A DNA stretch of 63,027 nucleotides, filler included, from Kipferlia bialata (taxonomy: Eukaryota), in the NCBI GenBank assembly GCA_003568945.1. It is 5 parts of 5 records of this genome, joined end to end, with 100 filler letters (N's around TTAATTAATTAA, not from the genome) between each part and the next. Parts side by side here need not be neighbours in the genome. Positions count along the whole stretch, not along the records: positions 42,706 to 58,083 come from BDIP01000709.1; positions 58,184 to 63,027 come from BDIP01000710.1; 3 more parts are not named here. One strand, written 5' to 3'. This document shows positions 51,572 to 63,027 of this stretch, piece by piece. The notes below the pieces were generated by a model, which had not been told where the DNA came from, did not search any database, and was given only the letters and a program-made list of their open reading frames with translations. The position numbers were made by a program, and so were the translations under genes. The first letter of the stretch is position 1, and each line of letters starts with the position of its first letter.

Positions 51572-51612
51572 CTGGGGTGGGGGAGAGAGAAATTCTCTCA
51601 GAGAATAGGTTG

Positions 51613-51615
<3 letters not shown>

Positions 51616-51656
<41 letters not shown>

Positions 51657-51688
51657 GTTCCCCCCCCCCCCCCCCCCCCCCCCCCCCC
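51616..51688. repeat. G40-TGTT-C29 inverted homopolymer
   Basis: Read directly from the sequence. Confidence 0.85.
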
Positions 51689-51795
51689 TTGCACTATTCT
51701 CTTGTCTTGTGTTGAGACAGTCATTAATTAATAATTGGTGTGTAAGAGTCTGACGGCAAGGAAGTCTTTTACCACACTGCGCCACTTCAAGTTTG

Positions 51796-54700
51796 ATGGC
51801 TATCACTTTGGCGGCATGGTCATGGTGGGTCTGGACAGTGAGGCAGAGGTATTCCCACTCCATTATTATATGTACATTGAGTATCATATTCCCCTATATT
51901 GCAGCCGTCTGATCCAGGGACTCTTCGGTGCTCTGCCTCGTATCGTGAGGGACTTGTTTCCTTCTGAGTCAGGAGAGGCCCTCAGCGAGGTGCCGTCAGT
52001 ATATATCAATAATAATACACTGCATATTATGTGTTGTCATCCCCCCCCCCCCCTCCTACTACTCTAATTAGCAGATCCTGAATACATCAACCGCCGCTCT
52101 CTTCTACAGCTTCCCTGGGGACACTCCATTAGAAGTGACTTCACGAGCAAACGGAATCATCAGGGCCTATGAGAATACATGGAACCTGATATCCCAGCCC
52201 ATAAAGATCTTCTTCTCCCTTGGTACCGCCTTAGGCACTCTCTGTCCTGAGGTAGGTATTCCGCCACGTGCGTGGGTTTGGTGAGAGAGACTTTTCCATA
52301 TCATCCACTCCTCATTACACCAGGGGAGATATATCGTCAGCATGTCCATTGACAAGAACCACCTGCTCCCTTGCTTCACTGAGGAGGAGGTGTGTGTTAC
52401 TCCGTTTGTCATCTATTCTTGTTATAGTTATGAGTTTTCATATGGTCTCACTTCACTATATGTGTTAACAACCAGGCCAACTCCCGTGGATCATTAGCAG
52501 ACTGGCGCCGTTGTGTGCAGAAGTGGCAGCGGATACAGGACAGACGCACTACACAGTGGGCTAGGGAGACAGCTGCCAGGGATGAGAGGCTGAGAGAGGA
52601 GGCCAAAGAGGTGGAGAGAGAGAGGGTTGCTGCTGAGAGGCAAGCGAGTCTGCAGCGAGACCTCCGGGAGCGTGCTGCCCTTGCTAAGAAGGTATCGGTA
52701 TCAGTATCTATTCTATTCATTTTTTATACCTATGCTGATTGAAGGTTGAGGCCAGGGCAGAGAGGCTCAGACAGAAGGAGAGAGAGGAGAGGGAGAGACT
52801 AGAGAGGGAGGAGGCCCAGAGAAGAGAGAGAGTGGAGAAGAGGAGGCTCGCCAGGGAGAGAGAGGAGAGAGCGAGAAAAGAGCAGAGGCTGGCTGAGCAG
52901 CAGGCCCGGACTGCTGAGAAGAAGAGACTGAAGGAGAAGAGAGACAGAGACAGGAGGGAGGAGAGAGCGATGCTGGAGAGAGAGATTCTGGAGAGTGCAA
53001 TGGATGTGTCTATGAAGGAGACCGGACCCCTTGACAGGGTCTCTACAGACAGCCCCACTCAGCACACACCCATGCCCCTACCAGTACCTGTCTCTGCCAG
53101 GCCTCTCCCTGTCCCCAAGGGTGGGGGGAGAGGGGGTCTCCCTAGCACCGGGTCTCTGCCCCTGCCTGTGCCTGTGGCACTACCTCAGGGAAAGACAGTC
53201 ACCCCCACTGATGCTGCCAGTCCCTCTGCTCATCCACTCCCTGAGGCTCCACTGCCAGACAGCCCCTCTGGCACTGTACAGGGCACTGTGTCTAGGGAGT
53301 GTGCTGCTATGCACAGGTTCATATCCCTACTCAAGGAAGCACCCTCTTGTGATACAGAGGGACCTCGGGGTCTGTTTGTGGTAGGGTGTGAGGACAGGGG
53401 GAGGGAGCAGAGAGAGTATGCCTGTGCCGACCTGTCTGAGTGTCTGGCCCTCTGTGGGTGCGGGGCATCTGTGCAGGAGGGACTAGCAGACATGTCTGCC
53501 AGCCAGGCATCTTGTCTGGTAGTGGTTGTGGCAGAGAGTGACCTAGCTACCCCCTCCCCCTCTCTGTGTGAGTATCTGTCCAATGTCACGTGTGTCCTGG
53601 CCCCCACTATTGTGTCACCCTCTGTATACCAGTGCCTGCAGAGGGTATATATGGACACCCTGCAGCTCTGCCTATACAGGGTCAGGCAGAGCAAGGGGCC
53701 AGTACCCGACACTACCACCCTCCTGTCCACCTGGTACCAGTCTGTGATGGACGCACCCCCTGTCACTGTGGAGTGTGATGTGGCACCCCTAGCCACAGCT
53801 CCATTCACACCCATGCCTCTTCCACTCCCTGTACCCAAGGCAGCCCCACCTGACACTCTGCCTCTGCCGTCATGCGTCCCCTCAGGTGGGGTGTCTACTA
53901 CCAGTGGGCCTCCATCTGTGGCTGTTGTATCTGGGACGGGGGTGGCTTCCACCGCCCCGACCCCCAAGGCCCTGGCCCCATGTCACCCCACTCCCCAGGT
54001 GCATATAGACCCCTCCCAGGCTCTTGTCTTTGAGCCCCTGGACATTGAGGGTCTGGACTGTGGGCTGGACATGGACGATGTGTCTGAGGAGGTGGACAGA
54101 CCCCAGGTCATACCAACAGGCAGGAGTGCTACAGTCAGTGGCCCCAGAGCAGCCATCAAGAGCAATCGTGCCTCAGTGTCTGTGAGGGCGAGTGGCGGGT
54201 CAGCTGGCATTGGAGGCAGTGCCAGTACTCAGACTCTGCGTCAGAGTGTGGGAGTCCGGCCACCCACCCACCCCTCTCTGCCAGCATCCAAGGTTGACAT
54301 GCCTGCTGGACGCCTAGCTGGGGGCATTGAAGCCATGCCCCTGCCCCTACCTACCAAGGGCCAGCGGCAGACAGCGAAGGGCAGTGCCACTGAGTATGTA
54401 GGGGGAGCGACACCCCCACTGGAGAAGGAGACGTCCCAGGACAACGTGCCCCGGTGCATCTTGAGAGGGGAGGAGCGCCCCCGGCACTGCCAATCTGGGG
54501 TCACTCGCAAGGCGGGTGCCGTGCACTGTTTCTCCCACATGGTCAGACAGAGGCTGAGGCAGAGGCTGAGGGAGGAGATGGATAGTGTTGTGGAGGAGCA
54601 GAGGGCTCTGCTAGCGGACATCCCAGCTAGTGTCCGTGCCTTCCATCAGGAACAGACCCTGCTGAGTGCTCGTCTGTCTGTTGGTGGCACCCTCAGTGCC

Positions 54701-55270
54701 TTCCTCAAGAGAGCTGAGGCAGTGTCGGTCAAGAAGGTGGGCGAGGCACACGCCAAGTGGCAGGTGGCCTACGACGCCGAGGAGGCCAAGGAGCGCAAGG
54801 CCGTCAAGATGGTCATCTACCGTGCCAAGATTGACAGACAGCGTGAGATGCAACGGGAGCAGCGCTCTGCTCTAGATGCCGCCGGCCCTCACTGGCGCTC
54901 CTCTGCCTCCGACATGCCCCCTGCCCGTGCCCCCATTGCCGGCGAGATAGAGATTGCCGCTGCCCCTACTGCCGCTCCCATGCGCCAGGGAGGCCGCTTC
55001 GACCCCCTTACCACTGATGCCACCCGGGGCACCATGGGCATGAGCCGTGGAGGCACGGAGAGACCCATGGCCCGCCCCTCCCCTGTAATAGGCATGGACA
55101 CAAGCCGTGGAGGCACGGAGAGGCCCGTGAGGTCTGCTGCTGCCCAGGGTAAGAGGAGGCCCGCCATCGACTTTGCCGCCATCTCCCAGGAGGACTTCGA
55201 CAGGCTGCCCCGCATCCGGCGCCTCAAGGGCAACAGGTGGAGACAGGAGCACGGACTCAGACGCATGTGA
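51796..55270 (+). CDS. hypothetical protein with R/E-rich coiled coil and Pro-rich low complexity
   Basis: Five short in-phase exons join the 843-aa ORF (52745-55270); recurring PLPVP-like motifs; duplicated SRGGTERP near the C-terminus. Confidence 0.65.
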
Positions 55271-55824
55271 CTGGGCACAGAGAGTATGGGATGGGTTATG
55301 GGGTACACTGGTGTTTGTGTTGAGAGGAAGGGGGACTGGGGGAGAGATGTAGGTGGTCAGGCCAATAATATCATTCAGGTGGACGCAGAGACACATGCAT
55401 TGTAGTATGTGTCCTGTGTTCATGTGAGTGTTTGCCAGATACTCTCATCAGTATATTGAATATATAGGAACATTGAATGTGGCTCAACATTGGGTCAATT
55501 CCTGCATCACTCTTCATACATAGCCATAAGCACAGATGAAATTGCAGTGTGACATCACTTTCGTCACTGTTAGATTATATAGTAGATACTGGACACATAG
55601 GAGTAAGATATCCTATATGAGCCCTAAATTAGGTGAATACAACTCGATATTGTCATATACCTTACACTACACATCCCCTCTATTGGTTCACAGTATAACA
55701 CATACATATATCAAACAGCTGTTAATGGACACTAAACTACACGAAAGAACCAAACTCACAGAGAGGCACACTGAACATCGGGACACACAACTACACAGGT
55801 ACACTAGGAGACTGCCACATGCCC

Positions 55825-58025
55825 CTACAACTGGAGGGACCCACTGAATAGGGCAGAGTGCCTCGACCGCATCTCCCCCTCCCTGTCATCCTCATCGACC
55901 AATGCACTGGAGGAGTGGGTGTGTAGCCTAGATGCTCTGGGCTTGTGGCCCCCACCTGACAGGGCAGATGGCACCACATCGAACATGCTGTCATCGTGCC
56001 AGTCCTCCCTGGTGCTAGAGGCGCCGGAGGGAGCCCTGCCGTCACTGCTAAGGCCACTGGGGCGTCGTGAGTGGCCCTTTGGTCTGGCGCCAAACAGGTC
56101 TACCTCAGAGGCATTGGCGGTGTCGGTGGGGTACCCACTGTTGTATGCAGAGAAGTATGAGTCGTCCCTCCCCCCCATGCTACCCCTCCTCGACTGCATC
56201 TGCTCTGTGTATAAGGGACTCTGGTCTGGCTCCATCATCATGTTCTCATCCATATCATCCTCATCGTCCATGTCGTCTAGGTCAAGGTCAAGGCTGTTGC
56301 TCTCATTGCTGTCTAGGAAGTCAGCGTCCACACCCACCGCATCCCCCCCACTCACACCCCGCAGGTGCCGCACCCCCTTCTCCAGAGATGTTAGGGACGT
56401 GTTGTTGCGAGACCTACCAGATGCTGACCGTGACCCCTTCTCGGGTATCCCTGCCATCTCACCAGCCGAGTCCCACCCCCTCATGCTACCCCGGATGGAG
56501 TCGCCCTGCCGCAGACGCCCAAAGCCTGGGGTGAGGGCAGTGCATATACTACACACATATCTGATATTTCTCCTATATACCTTGCATGGGCCTGCCCTGT
56601 CCCTGTCTCTGGCTGTCCGATGCCCTTCTGTGTGAGAGGGGGTCCTTCCGCCTCCCCTTCCTCCTGGCAGTGGGTGTCCCAGGGGAGGCAGACAGGGTGG
56701 ACGTCTCGGGGGATGACCTCTCCGGTATCTCTATGGGTGCCGTGGCATGGTCTGTGAATATGGCATTGCCCAGGGCAAAGGCGTCCCGGGTGGTGCCACC
56801 AGGCTTGCCCTTTGCGGCTATGGACCTGGCTACCAGGGTCTCATCACTGCACTCACGGTACAGCCTGGGGTGGGGAGAGAGAGAGAGAGGGATATATAGT
56901 GGAAGAGGTGTTTAGTGCAGTACCTGACCAGGTCTGGGGGTAGGTCCACATCACACACAAAGGGGTGGGTGAGGAGATCGGCAGCAGAGGACCTGAGAGG
57001 TGAGCGGCGGAGTGACGTCGCAGAGTGATAGGTATGCAGTTCACAGCTAGATATACCCACCTGTTGTCTGGGTTCATTGCCAGACACAGCTTGAGGAAGT
57101 CCTTCCCAGTCTCTGATAGGTTGGGGGGGCAGGGGGGCCCGTTCTTGCAGTTGATGATCTGCCACATGGCTGCTGCGTGGTTGGTGTACTGGTACCAGGG
57201 GGGCCTAGACGTGGCACACTCTATCACTGTACACCCCAGGCTCCACACATCGGCCTTGTACAGGTCGTTGCACTTCATCCTGATGACCTGGGTATAAATA
57301 TATGGATTCATATATAGACACATTCATATAGGACATATAGGGTGTGTCATGAACTTCATCCGGATGACATGGGGTGACATATGTGTATGTATTGATATGG
57401 ATACGCTATATGGATAGATATCCATTTAGCGGAAGAGTACAAATGTCTCCATACCTCAGGTGACATCCAGTAAGGACTGCCCTGCACACTGTGGCCCTGG
57501 GGGTCAGACAGAGGAAAAGGAGAGCTTGTCTAGATAATACATACAGCTCAATACCTGCGACCCAGGCGCTGCCTTTGCCTGCAGCTTCTTGGCCGCCCCA
57601 AAGTCTGCCAGCTTGACTATGCCCTGGTCATCAACCAGGACGTTGCCACCCTTGATGTCTCGGTGGGCAACCCTGGGGTTAGAGGGGTATACTGATACAT
57701 ATGTATATCATATGTATGAAGAGATTAGAGGGTGAAGGTGAATAGTTGAGTGTATGAATCATTCAAGTGAAGTGACTGGTGCTCTACCGTCCATACGAGT
57801 CCCCCCCACCTGTTCTTATGCAAGTGGGCCAGTCCCTCTAGGATCTGTCTGGTGTACTGTCTGATGAGGACCTCGGGCAGGGAGGAGTATCTGGGGGGTC
57901 AGGGAGAGAGAGAGAGAGAGAGAGAGAGAGCACTGGGTGCACGTACTTGTTGAGGATGCCCTCCAGTGACCCCCCCGACACATACTCCATCAGAATGCAG
58001 AGCTTCTCGGGGTTGCGCTTCACAC
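55825..58025 (-). CDS. STE11/MEKK-family MAP kinase kinase kinase; 5' partial
   Basis: [83 protein letters not shown], followed by a disordered C-terminus. Confidence 0.92.
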
Positions 58026-58042
58026 CTGGGATGAGAAGGGGT

Positions 58043-58074
<32 letters not shown>

Positions 58075-58083
58075 AGGGGGAGG

Positions 58084-58183
58084 NNNNNNNNNNNNNNNNN
58101 NNNNNNNNNNNNNNNNNNNNNNNNNNNTTAATTAATTAANNNNNNNNNNNNNNNNNNNNNNNNNNNNNNNNNNNNNNNNNNNN
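58084..58183. other. artificial contig spacer
   Basis: N-TTAATTAATTAA-N, 100 nt. Confidence 0.97.
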
Positions 58184-58299
58184 CTGGTCTAGGGCGCAGG
58201 AGAGAGAGAGAGAGAGAAGGTTAGTGGGACACCACACTTCCCGTGAAACAACATCCGTTGGACCTGATATTCCATCCAACCAACGTGCAAGTCTTGGCT

Positions 58300-59115
58300 C
58301 TATGTCCTCCACATCATCTCCTCCACCTCCTCCAGGTCTACAACGCCCACAATCACATAGTTACCAAGCAATAGTACCATAGTGTCCGGATTGACCATAC
58401 ATGGACTGTGGACAGCCATCCTGCCCTGCCCTGTCCTGTCTCGGAAGGACACATACCCCTCGGGGGAGCCACAAGCCGAGATCATGTCATATACACACAT
58501 CTTTTCACAGGGATCGTATGAGCAAGGCCGCTCCCCAAAGAGGTACACTGCCCTGTCAGCCACTGGCGTTCTACCGCTAACAGAGTAGGAGGCACTCATC
58601 AACGGGGTGGACAGTACAGAGAAGCCATCGCGAAGACTCAGGTAGAGCAGGTACACATGGAACGGGTCAGTGGCAACAATGCAGCATATGGTCTCATACT
58701 TCACATTCGTCCAGGGACAAAGAGTTAACGTGCAGAACTGCGGTGGCACAACAAATGGTAGCAGTCGCCAAGTCTCCTGGTCCGGATCGAAAGCCCAACA
58801 GTCCCTGAGTGTTATGTGAGACCCGCTCCTTCCACCTGCTACCACTAGGCATCCACCCACACACCCATATATAGCCATAGTTCGAGGCAAGGGCCACGGA
58901 TTCTCTTCCAATTGTGGGACTTGGCTCCACTCATATGTGTCCAGGTGCAACACCCACAGGTCCATCCGGAGAGCACGGGAGCCCACAGGTGGTCCGCCCA
59001 CTCTCACGTTGGTACCTAATTCATATGAAGTCACAAGGGAGTATACAACTCCCCATGTTGATGGAATCAACACGTGTTCGGTGTCATTCCACGACGGAGG
59101 ATCGCTATGACGCAT
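58300..59115 (-). CDS. Kelch-type beta-propeller protein, intronless
   Basis: DLWVLHLDTYEWSQV, WPLPR, LVVAGG, DCWAFDPDQETW, VYLFG are Kelch-blade signatures. Confidence 0.7.
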   Translation of the reverse strand: MRHSDPPSWNDTEHVLIPSTWGVVYSLVTSYELGTNVRVGGPPVGSRALRMDLWVLHLDTYEWSQVPQLEENPWPLPRTMAIYGCVGGCLVVAGGRSGSHITLRDCWAFDPDQETWRLLPFVVPPQFCTLTLCPWTNVKYETICCIVATDPFHVYLLYLSLRDGFSVLSTPLMSASYSVSGRTPVADRAVYLFGERPCSYDPCEKMCVYDMISACGSPEGYVSFRDRTGQGRMAVHSPCMVNPDTMVLLLGNYVIVGVVDLEEVEEMMWRT

Positions 59116-59578
59116 CCACTTTGGTACAGGAAGTGTAGTCTCTTCCAGGGAGAGATCCGGCAGAAGCGTAAGAAGCTTGAACCTGAGTCAGAGAACGATG
59201 CTACCCTCAGTATTCTTGTTGTGTACAGTTACCTAGTGGGGTCTTTCCTCTCTGCTAGGACAGTGTTCAGACCCACTGGGAGGATCTTCTCAAGTCTCTG
59301 TTTCTTTACGCGATGACTTGCCACAACCTTGAACCAGCCAGCCACATGTGGTTGTGGCATATGGCAGGGATATGTCTCCTATAGGTAGAAGAAACACCTC
59401 TAGGACTCTACTGTACCCCTCTATCACTGTAACACCCTCGCTAGTTAAAGGTCTCAATCACGCGGTCACGAGGGTCATGATGGTTAAGGGTAGTGTTTAC
59501 AGTGTAGACTCAACACTGATGTGCACTGTGTCTTCCTCTCAATGTAGTATTGGCAGCACCACCACTCAACTGCGACCG

Positions 59579-59612
59579 ATCATCTATCATCTATCATCTA
59601 TCATCTATCATC
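59579..59612. repeat. (ATCATCT)n 7-mer tandem repeat
   Basis: atcatct repeated about five times. Confidence 0.8.
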
Positions 59613-59622
59613 TTTTGGCCCT

Positions 59623-60942
59623 CTAGGACATAGTCCACCAGATGCGCATCTTCTTCTCAGATGGTATGAACACCAGCTCCATCCTGTTTGCTGACCACGA
59701 CCCATACATGGTGCCACCAGACAGCTTAGTGGAGCCAAAGATGTAGTGGGCATTGCCCGTGACGCTAGCAACGACAACTGTGTCACTTGGCTAATTGCAC
59801 AATGTACATAGTTATATCAGAGGTAGAGAACTGTGTATGTATGTAATACATATTAACAAACACAGACCCCTATTGCACCTGGGCTGGTAGTGTCAAAGGT
59901 AGACGGGAGCACGGTGTCTGCATTGGGCACGACAAGGGCCTTGAACACCTGGGGGTGGGTCAGTGCATACCTAGTGGTGGTTCTTGAATAGTCTCAACGG
60001 AGTCATGAAGTCAGCACTAACTCGCAGGTTGCAGCCGTACCTCAATGTCGCAGTCCACTGTGCAATGGCATCTGGCAGCGATACAGTACTTCTCAACTTC
60101 AATCTGACCCTTGACTGCATCGCCTAGTCTGACTGGTTAGGACAAGTTGAGTAGACATATGCTTACAATTGATAGAGTACACCGATATAGACCCCAATAC
60201 CTATATACCACAACGATCGGAGCAAGTACTGATACCAATCCCCCTCCAACATACCCCCCCCTACCTCCGTCTGTGCTGTTCCACGGTCATGCCCCCTATA
60301 GAGGTACCGGACAGAAGGGCACTCTGCTGGGCACGCTCCAGCCCGGCCTTACCCCCGTGCTTCCTAAGGGCAGCTGCCAGAACATCACTCTCCTGGAAGC
60401 ACACATTGCGCCCTATCTGGGGAAAGAATATAATATTGGCTCGTGTCAACATGGATGAAATCAGTGAGAGCACTGGCAAATCAGTGATTTGAAATCACGT
60501 GAGAGTGAAGGAAGAGTAGGAGAGAGAAATGAGAAAGGGGCAGAAAGAAACAGTCAGTCATTCTCAGCAGAGAGCAGAGAGAGGTGATACTAGGTGCTCC
60601 ACGACTATCGGTAGAGACAAAATAGTAAGAGAGACACGTCAGAGGGAGAGGATAGGGCAAGATATCAGAGTCAGAAGAGCCAACTGTGTACACCGCATAG
60701 ATGCAATGTATAACATACATATGTACTAAAACACACCATATCTGTGCATGTAAGACTGAAGAGAGTGCCAGAGAGACAACATATGGCATATACACAACCC
60801 TACTATTGCAAGTGCACACCTTGATGCTCTCCAGCCTCTTGAGGTCAGTGTCTGTCACCGCATACTTCCTCTTGGCCGTGGCCTTGTTGATGGGGTCCTT
60901 GTACACACCCGGTGTCTGAACGGTCCCCTTTGTACGTGCCAT
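59623..60942 (-). CDS. small protein with XPA C-terminal-like putative DNA-binding domain
   Basis: Exon 1 MARTKGTV...INKATAKRKYAVTDTDLKRLESIK spliced to IGRNVCFQESDVLAAALRKHGGKAGLE matches the AKxxYxLxxxDL...DV...KHGG pattern of XPA-like domains. Downstream exons (~60041-60128, ~59879-59948, ~59623-59786) are less certain, and the last junction phase is unresolved. Confidence 0.55.
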
Positions 60943-61116
60943 TGGGTAGTGAGAGAGAAGAGAGGTGACAGACAGTGAGTGCAGTCAAAGCGTTTGACCG
61001 TTTGTCATTATTATACACATTACCTTGCTTCACCTGAATACATTAGTATCTATCTAAATAGGCACCAATCATGTCACTACAGGCATACTAAGTCCCTGTC
61101 TAGTACAAGGTGTCTA

Positions 61117-62809
61117 TTAGTTCCCCGTGGCTATGGTGTAGAAGTCTGTCTCCTCCTCCACCAGGGCACTCTCCCCAGTGTCAGCCGTCCTCTGTACAGG
61201 CTGCCTCCTAGGCTTGTTGAACGACCGCACCATCGGGGTCCTACCCACCCTGCGTTTGGCCGGGGCAGCAGCACGCTCCAGAGCACGCCGCATCCTCTCT
61301 CTGTTATGCACCTCCCTGGCCTGCATCCTCTCCTGCCTGGCCTCAGACCGCCGTGCCTTCTCCCTCCCCTGCTCCAGCTGTCTGAAGCGCTCAGGCGTCA
61401 CGTTCCGCTCGACCTCTGCCAGCAGGTGCTCGAGGCGTGTCTCTATCCGGGCCATCATGTCTGTGCTGTCCAGGGCCACCACGTCAGACCCGATGCATGC
61501 CCTGTAGGCTGTCTCCAGCATGGTCCGCAGGTGCTCCTGCTCCAGCCTCTTCCCCCTGGCCTTGGCGTCATTGGACCCAGAGGCAGAGGGGTTGCTGGTG
61601 GTGGCTGCCGCCCTGACCCTGGACAGTGCCTCGAGGTGGGACAGCTGCCCTAGCAGACGTCGGGTCGTGACCTCCTTGTCGGCTATGGTCTGCTGGATGG
61701 CCTTGTGCGTGGCCTCGATGCTGGAGTCAATCTCCTGCGTCCGCTGGATGTAGAACAGGTTCGAGTCCTCGAGAGTGGTGAACACGGCCAGCAGGTCATC
61801 AGGTCTCTCAAAGTGCACCTCGTGCGTATCATCCCCCACCACGGCCCCTGCTGCCACGGCCACACTGTTGGACAGACCCGGGTCACTCACAGGGAAGTGC
61901 TCCCAGTCGGAGTCGAGGAGAGAGGACACGGGGACCAGGCGACGGAGGGCAGAGGGGGGGACCACAGCGGCCACTGCGTCGTTGACCGTGCTCTGCCCCT
62001 CCTCGGCCTCTCTCTTTAGGGCAGCGGCCTTCCTGGCTGCCACGTTCTTGGCTCTGATGGCTGCCTGTCTCTCTCTGAACTCCTGACTGGACACCGACTC
62101 CAGGAACACCCTGTACTTGTGGCACTCCACCACACGCTCCTCCAGCCGTGACAGCTCTGTCCTGAGCTGCAGCAGCTGTGTGTTGAGGCGCCTGATCTCC
62201 TGCTGCCTGACCACCCTCTGCTTGGTGGCAATGTCAGCCTCCTGGGGGTGGGGGGGGGTGATATGTAGACATAGAACACTTACACGACCTACTGATATCA
62301 TTCACACCACACAGTATACACCACCCCTTACCTTGATGGCCTTGACTGCTGTGGTATCGTTGTCTCTGAGGAACACATCGAACCCCTGTGTGTCCTGCAC
62401 CAGCTTGGCCTCTCTGGTGTCCAGCTCTGTCCTCTTCTGCAGCAGCTGGGCATCTATGTCCTTGACCTCCTTGTCCCTCACATCCAGGCCCATCCTCAGC
62501 AGAAAGGCCTCGTTCTGGGACTGGATGTAGTCGTACGTGCTCTGCCGCTTGCTGTTCCTGCAGAGTTAGGGATAGAGAGAGGTGTGGGGGAAAGGGTGTG
62601 TCTATAACAGGGATCTGTTGAAGAGTGCTGTTCTAGCCTGGAAACTCACACCCCAATACACACACACATATATATATACACACGTATGTATACATACCCC
62701 CCCCCTACCTCAGCACCGTTGTCATGGACAGGGCCTTGTCGTCTGGGGTGTCACTGGCAGAGGCCGTGTCTGTGAATACAATGCGGGCCTCCTTCTGTCG
62801 CCGCATCAC
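61117..62809 (-). CDS. CFAP100: cilia- and flagella-associated protein CFAP100/CCDC37/38 family (DUF4200); probably 5' partial
   Basis: YIQSQNEAFLLRMGLDVRDKEV, FDVFLRDNDTTAVKAIK, CHKYRVFLESVS, HFERPDDLLAVFTTLEDSNLFYIQ, RRVGRTPMVRS. Confidence 0.8.
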
Positions 62810-63027
62810 CTGGGTGGGAGGGGGGGGGGACACGATATATAGGGAATTTGATAGATACAACAGTGCTGTGGGAAGAAGAGAGCGATAATAGAGGCATATA
62901 TATATATATATATATATGTTCACACTCAATACATGCAGGGTATCATATAGTTGAGGGAATGGGGGAAATTGGGGAGGAGGCGGGGGGGGGGGGGGGACTT
63001 ACTGGGTCATAACTAAAAACCCTAATG

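Noticed and set aside
51724..51736. ttaattaataatt resembling the contig spacer
   Set aside because: Imperfect and not flanked by N; probably AT-rich promoter sequence.
52100..52130. LLQLPWGHSI in an alternative frame, resembling YhcG/DUF1016
   Set aside because: That frame stops at ~52170 and is out of phase with the flanking exons.
63012..63027. aaccctaa near the window end as a telomere
   Set aside because: Single unit only, with no tandem array.

Overview
Eukaryotic (protist) genomic DNA made of five unrelated contigs joined by artificial 100-nt N-TTAATTAATTAA-N spacers (contigs: 1-15402, 15503-30896, 30997-42605, 42706-58083, 58184-63027). Many GT-AG introns end in a branch point fused to the acceptor (CTNACCCCAG) and are filled with (TA)n/(GA)n/poly-G. 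This, plus anaerobic metabolism and flagellar genes, suggests a free-living fornicate such as Kipferlia bialata (inference, not verified). Recognisable genes: eIF2-alpha kinase, an NfnA(end)-NfnB/GltD-ferredoxin-[FeFe]-hydrogenase fusion, LCAT-family lipase, EF-1alpha start, AAMP/Sqt1 WD40, HAP2/GCS1 fusogen, SWR1 remodeller, GH5 endoglycoceramidase-like, SDR, STE11-like MAP3K, Kelch protein, XPA-like small protein and CFAP100. Three signals stand out. (1) A single spliced eukaryotic gene fusing an Nfn/Sud-type flavoprotein to an intact [FeFe]-hydrogenase. (2) Pervasive 'exon echoes': partial exon copies inside introns, with consistent polarity and mostly synonymous differences from the working exon. 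(3) A HAP2 gamete fusogen in a probable metamonad. All exon structures were reconstructed by hand; no searches were run.
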